DNA of 62,613 bases, counting the filler, from Circinaria calcarea (taxonomy: Eukaryota): assembly GCA_051942165.1 (NCBI GenBank). It is 12 parts of 12 records of this genome, joined end to end, with 100 filler letters (N's around TTAATTAATTAA, not from the genome) between each part and the next. Parts side by side here need not be neighbours in the genome. Positions count along the whole stretch, not along the records: positions 1 to 5,133 come from JAVECS010002026.1; positions 5,234 to 10,366 come from JAVECS010002027.1; positions 10,467 to 15,598 come from JAVECS010002028.1; 9 more parts are not named here. The stretch is one strand, 5' to 3'. This document shows positions 1-12,228 of the stretch, piece after piece; position 1 is the stretch's first letter, and every line of letters starts with the position of its first letter. Made by a program: the position numbers and the translations under genes. The notes beneath the pieces were generated by a model, which was given only the letters and a program-made list of their open reading frames with translations, was not told where the DNA came from and did no database searches.

Positions 1-173
1 TCGAAGTCTGTAAACGTAGCTGGTGCAGACAAGGCATGACGGCGGCTGGTACGAGATTCGACATTGCCGTTGTAGGTAGGCTCGGGGTAAGCTGGAAGCT
101 GGTCGAAAAGGGTTGAAGAGGAGTTGGAGCTCGTAGAGCGAACGGTGGAGGACGAGGATGTAGAGTAAGACAT
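1..173 (-). CDS. 5' fragment of a hypothetical Ser-rich protein, truncated by the window edge
   Basis: ATG at 173 opens a frame (MSYSTSSSSTVRSTSSNSSSTLFDQLPAYPEPTY...) that stays open to base 1. No family recognised. Confidence 0.45.
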   Translation of the reverse strand, partial: MSYSTSSSSTVRSTSSNSSSTLFDQLPAYPEPTYNGNVESRTSRRHALSAPATFTDF

Positions 174-1475
174 GCTGGATGTTGGTTGCGATGTTGGCTA
201 TTGGTGATGGATACGGATGCCGATGGAAGAAATGCTATAAGGAAAGGGTGTTAGGAATGTTGATTGAGAGCGTTCAAAGTGTTAAGAATGATGGTGGTTG
301 GTGATGCAAGTGTAAGCAGGTAAGAGTATGAAGACAAGGGGAACTGTTGTGGAGGGTTGAAAATGACAGACGAGTTACAAATTATGGAGGAGAGGAGGAC
401 GAACGAGGTGCGGGGTAGGGTTTGGGGTACCTTGAATGGAATTAACGACCGTCAACCCGCAATACTCAATGATTGAAAGGGTGAGGAGTATGAGCAATAA
501 GAATAGCCAAGGGAGGAGGTATTTCGAGCAAATCGAACCAAGAGAAGATACTCCAAAATGACAGTAATGTAAACTGTCCTGTGAAAACGGCCGCAGACTG
601 CATACAGAGTAATAGGATAAACTAAAGTGAGGTTGGAGAAATTTAGGATGTACAAGAGCTGTAAGGGCTTTTGAGGGCATGAAAATTGGAGATCAGATGT
701 CGCAAAACAACAGTTCAATGCGGCAAATCTAGTATGACGAAGACACCGTACGGGGTATACACAAGCTAAAGAACGTAAGGTCTTTTCAACATAGCACGCA
801 TCCTCCCACGACTAATCGCGTATTGACAACCAAAAACGTATATCAATAGGGGTGTTCAATATCCAAAATTTAAGCGAGCCACAATTAGAGATTTGAAGAA
901 CGGGGGATTCGCAAGGTCCATATAAAATAAATTGACAAACAAATAGCGGAACCAGGTTACATTAGACTAAAGAATTCTTATGAGATCTCGATCTATAAAA
1001 TGAAAAGAACAAGACCGGCGTGTATAGAGACAGCATACGAGAAACCAGAAAGGCTTTCAACGAGTCTAACTCAACAAACGCAGCCAGCAGATCTGTGCAC
1101 AATCACAAGAGTGTAGTATACCTCATTTCTGATCCAGATGTCTCCATCAAATTATACATAGAACATGATCCAGCGTCGGCGACATGTTGTTATCCCGAGA
1201 GACTCTAGCATGCAGGCTATCTACCGCCCGAGAAACAGATATAGCAGCAGTAGAAAGCTTTCTAGGATTCTCCAGTTAGGATTCAAAGCTCAACACCTAT
1301 ACCTAGAATGTTCATCCCGACTTGCCACCTTGGAGTAACCATCAGTGGTGGCTAGAGCCGTCTCTGGAAAGGCCTAAGGTATACATGAAATTCTGCGTGA
1401 CAGTACTTCTTCCATGACTGGTGGTGTTGAAAAAGGAGCTTGTCGGCTGGTTGTTGGTACTAAGGTTGATCGTTT

Positions 1476-1942
1476 CTAATGGGCGACGCTAACTTTGCCA
1501 CTGGCTGGAACCGGCTGCGAAGTGCCAGTATGGCTATTGATCCCGCGTGCAGAAGGAAGTGACCTTGGCCGCCTATCCAGCAGTCGTGCTTCGGTTGCTT
1601 TGAGACGGGCTTTAAGCGTTTGAAGTTCCGTGCTTTGGGAAGACACCGCTTGCTTCCTAGATGTAGTCAGCCCCATTTCAGTCAGCTTATCAAACCGATG
1701 CGCGGAAACTATTGAGTCGCTTTCCTGAAAGCTTGTCACGGCACCTTAGAGTTTCTACATACTTTTGCTCAACAGCTCGGGGGAGTTTGTTCAGACGGTT
1801 GTTGATACCGAAAGTATTATCAAGGGTATCTGAGAAACATTGTGCCAAAGCCCTGCACGCATCAGTCTTGTATGACGTCGTAGCTCTGTTGAGCTGGTTC
1901 AAGATTGATGCTTGCCATCCAATTCAACTGCTCCTCCGTATC
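1476..1942 (-). CDS. Hypothetical small coiled-coil protein; spliced, with a possible frameshift near the 5' end
   Basis: ORFs 1690-1902 and 1476-1739 join in frame through a GTATGT...CTGAC...TAG intron (...AVEQK|KQAVSSQSTELQTLKARLKATEARL). The upstream frame (ELDGKHQS) is offset by 1 nt, and the start is unresolved. Confidence 0.45.
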
Positions 1943-2440
1943 TGGCATGGTTAAATACCCGGTTAGGTTAAGATCCCTTGGGAGTGTCAATATGACCAGA
2001 CGAAGAGATTGATTTGCATGTAGCGGATGTATAAATTAGGGAGCTACTACGTGTAATCAATCAACTTTGAATCTCCAACCAGAACATCAACAAGTCGTTG
2101 ACATGTTGATCGGCGGTAGTCCAGTCCGAAAGAAATTACTAGGGATGTAAACCGAAAAAAAAGGAGAGATTGTCGGCACGTTCATGGTGTTCAACATCAC
2201 ACGTATTTAGCGCGCTCTTACCGCGGCAACGGGAGGCCATTCAACCTCAACTCTATGGTAGGTCTGTTGTGCTAGATTTCTCGAAACATCAGCATCTTCG
2301 GCTCTACTTGCGTCGCAACAAGAGTATCGTCGAATCCACAACGGTTCAAAGTGTATGACATCAATACTGCGACGGTGGCGCCTAATTTAGCAACACCGGG
2401 GAGCGAGGGTCGTGACGTTAATGTTCACCAAAAATGGGAC

Positions 2441-5133
2441 ATGGCTGATGCTACACTCCATACGTCGCTGGAAATGCTTCTGTTCTTCCAGTCATTAAGA
2501 GTAATGGGTGTAGAGACTACGAATTTCTCAAAGATCTCCAACCTTCTGGGGGAAAATGAATTTGTTCGGGAAAACAGAAACTACCGACCTGATCGCTTGA
2601 GTGCAGACTCCTTGCAACAATTATACCTTAGGCTCTTAAAGGATGAAGTTCAAAGCCAAAGGCTTGAGAACAGCAGTCCCGTTAGAGACGGTGATAAGGT
2701 ATCAAAAAAGAGAAAACTTTCGCCTTCGCCTTTGCACTCCATTGATGAAGCGGCTGAACACAACCATCTACTTCCACAGCTTGTGAATAGACTCTATGCT
2801 CGGTATCGTGATAATGCCGTCAAAGCAATTCAGGACGAGGAGATCAGATATAAATCACTGCAGAAAGAAATTCATGAGATTGAGGAAGGAGAATGGGATG
2901 CACGGTTACAGCAGCAAGAGATTGCTCCCAGAAGAGAGTCCAAAGGAGTCTCTTCAATCCAAACTCTTCTACACCATGACGATAGCAACGTTATGTCACG
3001 AACGAACAGTATTCAGCATGGGACCAACCTCAAGGAACGAGCGGACAGTGCAGTTGCTAGCGATAATAGAAATCGTTCGCACAGTACAGTTGCGAACGCG
3101 GAAGAAACTCAACCGGGAAGCTATAGCCCTGTCAAACCTGATGCTCCTAAAGGTCCTGCCACCGAATCGTATCACTCACGAACACCTTCGGCCACAGGAG
3201 TACAGCAAGTTACTCCACTGCATCAAGACAGTTCCCAAGGGGTTTCGCGACAGACTTCGCAGTCTCAAAGCCACGTACCGTATCTGCCCCCAATCGGATA
3301 CAACATGCCTTCTCCAACGGCCGATGGGCATAGGAGATTACCTTACCAACAACAAATGGGTGTTCCACTCTCGGCAAGTCCTAGACTCAATCAGATTCCA
3401 TTGATTCCACCAGATCGATCATCAGCTTCGCCGATCATCCTACCACCACCTGTCGGCATGATTCGCTCTGCTGGATCACCTAGCGGTTCATTGGATGCTT
3501 TAGCAGACATGGCTGGTCAACAATACCGTGCAAACCAACCCATTCCTTCACCTAGGTCTTCACACGCGATCGGGCCTTCGCACCATCCTCATTTACCACA
3601 GCCCCGCAATTATATGCAACGAGCCTATCCATACTATGATAGCCAAATTCCATATACGGCCCCTTATCCAAATTATGGTCAACCTCCGTTGCCACCTTAT
3701 CATTCGACTAGTCAGCCAGGTGTATCTCCATTTCCCCCACCAAACCATAGTCATCCTTCTATGCCAAGGCAACAAAGCCTGCCACAGTATCAGCCACCGC
3801 TTACACCTTACCCTCCATACCAGGGATATTCTACGAGCCAAGCAGGTTATCAAGCTATCCCACAGGTCGCTACTCCTCAAAATCAAGTCTTCAGGCATCC
3901 TGCCCAACGAACTCCAGGACTAACTACCACCGGCAAGAGACGACCACCAAAACTATTCCCTATCGATACATCCGCTTCGTCTACAAAATGGAAGCGTTTT
4001 GGTCCTCCTGGCCTGAATCAAACTCCAGGCTCGCCTACTCCACCACGGCCCGAGGATATAAGCCCACTTAGTGAAAAGTCTCCCTCGCCTATTGCCGAAT
4101 CGTTGTTATCCTCGAGTGCGGCTGTGGAAGGAAATCTAATTGAGCAGAATGAAGTCGAGGAAGTAAAAAGCAAGGCACAAGAAGCCCTAAAGTCTGTCTC
4201 ATCATCAAAAAGGGCTCGTGGAGGCCGATCTCGAGGTAGTAAACCAAGAAGCAGAGGAGCTCGAGCTGCAAGCACGGCGTCATCAGCCCTAGCAGCCTCT
4301 ATCCAGACGAGAACAAGAAGTCATTCCATCAACTCCCACACCGACGAATTATCCATAGACACCATTCAAAACTCCACTCGCAAGATTAAACCCGAGCCAC
4401 CTGCGACGCCCGCTACGGCAATCGACGATGCCATCTCTACAGCTTCAACACCTCGTGACGACTCTTCCCGTAAACCTTCACGTCGTGGTGGCAAGACCTT
4501 ACGCAGTCTCGAATCCGCAGAACCATCGCGCCCAACCACGAAGCGTAAACGCGCCACCACCATCGAAGAAACCCCTGACATTTCCATGAACTCACCTTTT
4601 ACCACGAAGCCTACCCAAGTCCTCGCCAGCCGTAACTTCCCCCGCACAAGCGCTCCCATCATGAACGACATCACCGCCCACAAGCTCGCGTCCATGTTCG
4701 CAAAACCTCTCACCGAACGTGATGCGCCGGGCTACAAAGACCATATTTACAGACCTCAGGATCTCAAATCCATCAAATCCGCCATTTCGGCCGGCAGCCG
4801 TGCCGTTGTAGCTGCCAACGATCAAAATACCCCCGCGGCCGATGATATCGGTAGCCCTGGTAAGAGCACCGCCAGTTTCCTCATTGACGCCAGCAAGGAT
4901 GTCATGCCGCCCAAGGGTATCGTCAATAGCGCTCAGCTGGAAAAGGAAATCTGCCGCATGTTCGCCAACGCGGTCATGTTCAATCCGGATTCCAAACGCG
5001 GGTTTGGACCGGCTTTCCGCACCAGGTCAAAGGCCAAGGGCGTTGCTGCTGTAGTGGATGGAGCGGGCGATGGGGGCGGAGAGGAAGAGGGTGGGGGTGT
5101 GGTCAAGGATGCGCGGGAGATGTTTGAGGCGGT
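2441..5133 (+). CDS. Bromodomain protein, BRD8/Bdc1-like putative NuA4 subunit; 3' truncated
   Basis: ORF of more than 890 aa with an N-terminal helical and coiled-coil region, a Pro/Gln/Ser-rich middle and a C-terminal split bromodomain (FAKPLTERDAPGYKDHIYRPQDLKSIK...MFANAVMFN). Confidence 0.75.
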
Positions 5134-5233
5134 NNNNNNNNNNNNNNNNNNNNNNNNNNNNNNNNNNNNNNNNNNNNTTAATTAATTAANNNNNNNNNNN
5201 NNNNNNNNNNNNNNNNNNNNNNNNNNNNNNNNN
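5134..5233. other. Artificial contig-joining linker; identical copies start at 10367, 15599, 20831, 26063, 31288, 36511, 41733, 46955, 52177 and 57396
   Basis: 44 N + TTAATTAATTAA (stops in all six frames) + 44 N, present 11 times. Contig lengths fall monotonically from 5133 to 5118 bp. Confidence 0.98.
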
Positions 5234-5473
5234 CAAGCGACGATTGGGATAGAAGAGGAACGTGATGAAGCGGTGATGGTGGCAACGGAGCTGTATAAGT
5301 TCCTGACCGAGGTTACTGGCAACCTCAACCAGGACGTCGGATTCAGAGGGTACTACGATCAGAGACTCCGGCAAATTGCCAGCCGTAGCAAGACGGGTGT
5401 GTGGGCCGAGGTAACGGGAGCCGCCGAGAGTGGGGACAGTAGCGGGGACATCGAGGAGAGGGAAGAAAAGTAG
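5234..5473 (+). CDS. 3' fragment of an unknown protein
   Basis: Frame is open from the contig start (QATIGIEEERDEAVMVATELYKFL...EEREEK*) with GC-rich, coding-like codon use. Confidence 0.45.
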   Translation, partial: QATIGIEEERDEAVMVATELYKFLTEVTGNLNQDVGFRGYYDQRLRQIASRSKTGVWAEVTGAAESGDSSGDIEEREEK

Positions 5474-5940
5474 GATGTGATGGTGGGGGCAAACCGGCCT
5501 CTACATGTCGAGGCGAAGAGTTTCCTGCCACTATCAGTCTACCCTTTTGGTATCACATTGGAGGCATAATCCCACCGTCACGCGGGGGGTGAAATAAGAC
5601 GGACTGTTATCTGCTTTGCATCGATTCCCGAAACGTAATTCATAACATATGTAAATTTTCTTAGCAAAGTACACCCCTATCGTAACCGTGATGCGTCGAA
5701 AAGTATGATAGCTTGGGTCCTTTCCCCCCTTCCATTCCGAGTAATTTGTACGAGTTGTAAAACATCGATACTCTTTTACCAAATGGTTTTAGCTGCCTTT
5801 TTAACTCCTGTGACTTTTTTCTGATGCCCATTGATATCATATAGGAGGAAGTCAGCCTCCTGCTGATATATCGTCTGCCCCCGCGCTTTATGTATCAACA
5901 TGGTCGAAAAGAATTGCTGGTGGCGAAATTTGCGAGGGTA

Positions 5941-6135
5941 TGCCGATAGGCGAAGTAACCAGTAACCCCCTATTCTATAAATGGGTAGAACTCCAGGCAC
6001 GGCCAGCGGAGCCCACCTCGCGTGCTTTATCGCGGTATCGCGAATGGTGAGCATACCCCCAATTAAGCACATTATCACACAGTTTATCGACCCTTATTCG
6101 TAAGATCACTATACCATTTGTCAAGGATCCTGACA
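5941..6135 (-). mobile_element. LTR-like fragment of the same family as 50194-50413, inside a degenerate AT-shifted region
   Basis: The reverse complement of 6060-6135 (TGTCAGGATCCTTGACAAATGGTATAGTGATCTTACGAATAAGGGTCG...GTGTGATAATGTGC) aligns with 50194-50268. The left boundary is uncertain. Confidence 0.6.
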
Positions 6136-7620
6136 ATCCCTTAAACGTAGCGTTATCATCTAACTCAATAAAAACCCTTTTCATTATCATCGCGCAACTG
6201 CTTCCATAAGATCCTCACTCTACTAGAGGTCCATTGAGAAGAATCTAGAAGTTCTTTTTTATAAATTTAGCACGCCGTCGTTTTATTTGGGTTAAAGGGC
6301 TCTCTGGGTTGGAAGATCATCCTGCCAAAAAAAAAATTCCCCGTGTCTTTATGAAGCCCCGGGGGGGGATATCGTCAGGATGGGGCAACCTCGATATATA
6401 TAATCGAGTATTAAATTATTTATCATTCAAGATCTTTCTCCGTTTTATACCACCGCTGAGTCCAAAACTTGCCAGCAATGGTTTTTTTTACGACGCGTGT
6501 AAAACGCTCGTCTTCAGTAAAGTCTTCAGTCTCATCCTCGACCTCGTTTTCGAACAGACTGGATACGGTAGTCGCGACAGGATCGTCTGCCAGGTGGAAA
6601 AGATAGATGTAAGGATCTTGATATGATTAGTAATTGCAGGACTTGACTAGGAAAGGGACAGAGGACGAACAGAGCTTGGTGGGTGGGGATTTAGGTCGGC
6701 CGAAGCCAGACGCAGATGTCCTAAAAAAAGAGAGAGTAAAAGAACCCGGCCGTAATAGCACGAGCTGGAAGAGAGTATCGCCACACCAGGAGATCGAAGC
6801 CTACCGCAGTATATTGATGAATCTTGGTTTGACCGAAGCCAGACGCAAGGATGAGAAGGAGAGGAAGAAAGAGAATAAACCCGACCTAAACAGCGACGAG
6901 TTAGGGGAACGAGAAAAAAAGAGAGGCAAATTGAACCAGCCTATGGAGTGTCAGAGACTTCAATGGTCGTCAATGCTTTGCGTTTTGTGCGACGTACGTT
7001 TAGCGCTGCATTAACGGGAAGCGGCGAAAGTGCACTACTGTGGTTGCAGGCATAATAAATGTCAGCGGGGTTTCGATTAACTCCGGTATATTCAGCAAAG
7101 ACTGTATAAACTCCCTTTTTTTAAAAAAAAGGTGTAATATGGAGGGTATCCTCCGGTGCATATTCCGTCTTTCGGTATGAAATCAAGCTGCTGTTTAGGC
7201 TGCCTATAATCATTGCAAGACAACCACGCTAACATCTGTTATACCACAGTAGCAGGTTACGCCGGGCGGGGGGCACGGGGGGGATCCTCACACTCCGCAT
7301 GTGGATGCCTTTGACCCTTGAAGGTATCTAGCTTATTAAATGAACGGGCCAGGTAATAGGTAGCACTTAATTAGATGGTAAAAAAAACTATGCTTTCACA
7401 ATGAGCTTTCCACCCCTTCCCTCCGTCTCTTTGTCCTTCACCCGTCATGTCTCTCGCCCTGAACCCTATCGATAATATTCCCACTCATGATGCGGCCGAA
7501 AAGGTTTACATTTCAGCAATACTCGGATCCCGCTGTAGCGATGGCACAAGCGCTTTAGTATCCGAGTGAGGAAGCAGTTGAACATGCCGGCAATACGACA
7601 AGGGCCTTGAACAATTTGGT

Positions 7621-10366
7621 TCAGCGCTTCTCCATTGGGGGCAAGTCTCCATCCCAGTTCACCTTCATCGCTGTACATGGTACACATTATTAGCAATATA
7701 CAAATACAGGTCCAAGGGATATAGCTTACTGGTCGGGAATGGGAAGTAACTTCCATGATTCTCGGTCATGTAAATGTAAAATCCACCTTCACGCGGAATC
7801 TTCATCAACTGCCCTTGGGGTCCCGGAGCACGTCTCAAGTTCTTTAATCCTCCAATGACCTTGAGCATAGCTGTCAAGGCAACGCGGCTAACATCCATAC
7901 CCAAACAAGCGTGAGGACCAATTCCATAGTGGATGTAAGATTCGAGAGGACGATCGATGCGCACAGTATCGGGTGAAGGGAAGACTTTTGGATCTCGGTT
8001 GGCACCAACCTAAGTAGCGTAAGCGGTAACTCGTTCAAAGAAAAACAGAAAGGAGCTACTGTGGTGGTGACCTACGAAGCTGCAAAACACTCTGTCACCA
8101 GGTTTGACATCGACTGGTTGACCACCATCGTCAATAGTGGTTGATACGGTCGCCTTGCGATATGAACCGAAAGTACCATTCAAGCGGATACCCTCCATGC
8201 AGTAATGAAGAATCTCATCGTCGGCTTCGGGCGTATCTTCCAATGCAAGTCGGCGTATTTCCGGCAAATGGACCTGACCTTCCTCTGATAGATAATAGTC
8301 GAGAAGTTGAGTAAACTATTGCCGTTAACTAGCTCTAAGTTGATCTTAGGAGGTGGGTACTGACCACTTGTGCCTGATTTGCCACCATGGCGCCTTGTCA
8401 TGACGTTAGCTTCTGCGCCCATTTTTTAGGGAAGCTGAAAGAAAATTACCAGCGGTAGGCAGAATCTGAGACCAACAGACTTCCTTCTGGCCCAACCCGG
8501 AGTCTAGCAGCCTTCGAACCATATGAACGCCATAATCTGTAAGCTTGGTATAGCTTTGCATCAAGGGATCCACAAGATTCGCAACCCATCCCGTCATGCC
8601 GACCGCTTTCACGTTGGCTTCGATAAGCTTGCCTAGTTGCTGCGTGACGGCTTTGACTCCATGTCGAAGAGGAAATGACTTGGCTGGGTCCAGGTCGAAA
8701 AAGATGCAGATGAAGATTCCGGCCATGACGGCATACATTTCGTGCTCGGAATATATCCCGTTGGGGTTATGGCTCGTCTTCAAAGGCAAAGAGAACACGT
8801 TGGAGGCGAAGTGGATATGGGCAATGTTTCCGACACTGCACGGTTGTAAGTGGGTGTGTGGTATGAGGCATTAGGACGACACTGCGACTTACTCTCTAGT
8901 TATGTCCACTTGATTGATACCAGCTATCTTGCAGGAGTTTTCGTGCAAGAGACGAAGTGTGATGTACTCATAGAACTCCTTAATGTCCCGATGCCAATTC
9001 TCACGATAAAGTGCTTTCCCCATGACTTCCCTTTGCTTTGCATGGAACGGCGTATCTCCAGATCTGCAGTTATCAGCTAAGAGCAAAGACCGTGCTAGCA
9101 GAGTATGGACACTGACAGCATAAAATTGTCGCCTTCGGAACCCATGAGCCATTCAAAGCCATCGTTCCAAGTAACATTAAACTCTTTGGGTCGCTCGAGC
9201 ATGTACTTTGCGCCCACGTAAGAGGTCAAATTAACTCTGGGAGGAATACGAGTAGGGCGATCCCATGAATAGTGCTCTTCACGGCCAAGTTTTCGGAGTA
9301 TCTTCCTATTCTCCGAAGGGATGGTCATTGGGTAATGCTTTGAGCTATTAACATACGTTGGTTTTTCAAAGTTCAAAGTATCAGTGACTTACAGCATAAA
9401 TAGAATTGTATTTGAAGTGATTGGGGAAAGCTCGAAGGAACAGCTTGTAGAGAACGCAGCCTTGGTTGATGTTTAGATCGTATTGCGCTTCACTGTATCC
9501 CCAGTTTGTGAGATTCTTAGGATTGTAGTCGATCTAGCGATTGTGAGCGACTGCTACATATGGGTATTTGTGTACTTCTCTCACCGTATAGAATCTGTCG
9601 CCCCGAACAAGAGCCACCGCATCCGAGAGAATGGCTCTCGAAATTGTGAAATTGGGAGCCTGCAGCGGCGGTGAGCAAATTCGGCTGCATCCAGTAGAGC
9701 TGTAGACTTACGATCCCTACACCAGGTACCATGGGTACCTTTGCTTCTTCCGCTACAATCTAATACACAAGTTAGCCACACGATGCCAGTACTGGACATT
9801 CAAAGAACGAACACCAGGATACATTTCCACGAAGTCTGGATGCTCGTATAGGTGGCGAAGCTGATCTGCAACTTCGGGATCTGGAGAAGAGTCGGGTTAG
9901 AATGGCCTTGGAGGGCTTGACGGTGATGGCCTTACTCGAATTGAAGTCTTCGAAAGTCGCATGTGGCTTGAGGCCAAAAAACTTCCGAAACTCATTGAAG
10001 GTGGCTAGATTCCATTTTCGGGCCTGCATCATGCCAAGGATTGACACGGCCTTCAGTGATACCGGAACGTTGTTGGCCCCGAAAGCACCTAGAAATACAC
10101 ATTAGCAAATGGCTATAGTACACCACGTAAAAATTAGCGTGTCACTTACCAGCGGGGTCCTCGATAGATTCTGTCATGATCTTTACCAGGTCATCATCGT
10201 TGAACTTCCCATCCGCATTCCTGGTGAGATGGGCAAACGGTCGCTTTTGTGGATCCTTGTCAAGCGAATGCTCCCATTTACCAAGCCCTTGGAGCAGTTC
10301 TTGAAGCGATACTTCTTCTGCAGATTTGCCGAATAATTCCTGGTAAAGACCTTCAGTCCACTTCTC
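7621..10366 (-). CDS. Linoleate dioxygenase-cytochrome P450 fusion (Ppo / linoleate diol synthase family); 5' truncated, multi-intron
   Basis: Peroxidase/DOX part: QARKWNLATFNEFRKFFGLKPH and YEHPDFVE. P450 part: MVANQAQ, ExxR (MEGIRL) and the heme-thiolate signature YIHYGIGPHACLG. The last exon ends MKVNWDGDLPPMEKR*. Confidence 0.93.
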
Positions 10367-10466
10367 NNNNNNNNNNNNNNNNNNNNNNNNNNNNNNNNNN
10401 NNNNNNNNNNTTAATTAATTAANNNNNNNNNNNNNNNNNNNNNNNNNNNNNNNNNNNNNNNNNNNN

Positions 10467-11322
10467 CTGCGTCCCACGGAGCTTGACCCAAGAAGTTCGC
10501 GCTCGGGCTCGCGGCCTTGCTTTTGAGGAAACTCGGTGCAGCCTGCCTTGATACCTGCAAACCGTGATAGATTAGATTGTTGACACAACGGTACGGCCAT
10601 AGGATTGGGTACTACAACTGGATTACTTACCGGCAAAGTACAGTGCATAGTTTTGTGGGTTTCTCACCGCCAGATCTGGGGGCAAAGCAGAGCAGTCTTC
10701 TGGTCTATATACCTCCGGTAGTAAGCAAGGTGTTTTGAGATAAAGATGCGTCAGCTCATGCACCAGGAGGGAGTACTGCGATTGAGCCACCGCATCTGCA
10801 TGAGCCCTGTGAGCTGTTCCGCATTGATCTCTGGTTGATAGCTGAGGCCGAGTCCAGAAGGGAGGGCACAGCACGATAAGTTGAGTGTTGCCTCCCCAAG
10901 CCGCATAGTGTCCTTGGTTGCAGAATTCCCAGCCGTATCGATGCGCAGAATCGGAGCAGATAATTGTGGGATGGTACCTATGACCACCGTTCGTATAGGT
11001 TGTGCCATTTTGTATTTGTCTGAAGACAGCCTCCACCTGTTCGAGGTAATCGTTACCAAAGAAGGTTTTGTAAGCAACGGTAATGCGTTTTGATCGAAAC
11101 TCCATTTTAATGTCGCTGGCGAGCTGATCAAGGAGTCTCCCAACTTGCGGTACTCTGGTGCCACAGTTCTGGATCAAATAGTTGCGATGGAAAGTATAGT
11201 CATCTGCGATGTAAGTTATGTGACCTTTTCGGATGAGCATTTTCTTTACCTGGCTGAAAAAATGCTCCGGTGAATGAAGCATAAACAACAAGCAAACCTT
11301 GGATCGTACTGCGTATATGCAT
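10467..11322 (-). CDS. Secreted zinc metallopeptidase-like protein (M35/deuterolysin-like fold); 3' truncated
   Basis: A signal-peptide exon (MHIRSTIQGLLVVYASFTGAFFQP) splices in frame to ORF 10623-11417. It contains IVLCPPFW, HELTH (HExxH) and NPQNY, and a GTAAGT intron leads to a further exon. Confidence 0.7.
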
Positions 11323-12228
11323 GGTGGCCAACTGACGCGTCCGCAATGAAGGAGTTTAAGCCTCGTAAGAAAATCTAGATTGGATATGGATCCGATTAAG
11401 AGGCATGATGGGCACACATGCGCTAAGAAGGGAAAGGAAAAGAAAAAATCGAAGGCGATATGGAGCGCCGAAATCTATTACCTATATAGACAAATCGGAT
11501 CGACTTTGGCAGCTGTTCTATTTGCGCGCATGCATAATCACATGGCACATCAAACGCAGTCCAAACCAATTCCCATTCATCCTTCCGCCGTCAGAAAGCC
11601 CAAACATCGCCAAATCGCAACAAAGACAGCTAGAAAGAAAAGCTGCGGCAGAACAAAACCCCTCTGGTCTCCGTTCCATAACCGCTGGAGCTCCTGCAAG
11701 ACTAGGCTTGTATGGTCGCATACCGATCCCGATAAGTCCAAATTACAAGCATTAGGCCTTTCAAGACTACTCCCATTCCGAATAAAATACATCAGTACAG
11801 CTCACCGGTTTGGGTAGAGCTGATGAAAGCCGTTGAGCCAAGATCCGAGAAATTGTAGGTTGGTGTTTGTTAATTTTATGCTTGGACTCGTAATACTTTT
11901 ATGGTTAGCATAAATCCTCCATTGACTGGTCACCCTGGCGACCGCTGTTCTTGAATTCATACATCCCGAAGTTCCTTCGTTCAGGGCTACAATGAGGTAC
12001 CAATAACTGTTGAACTACCCTTACTATGCCGTTAGTTTTTTTATTTGCTCTGAAGCGGTGTTCTTTCGTGCAGTCTTCATCACATATGTTACACAGGCGG
12101 CTACGTAGGGCTCCGCCTGGTAGGAAAGCGCCATCGCCTAGAATATACGCTTCAAGTCCCGCCTCATAGATGGTTTTATCCTGAGAGCGTTTGTACTTGT
12201 TCTGCGTGTCGACACTCTCCTGGCATCG

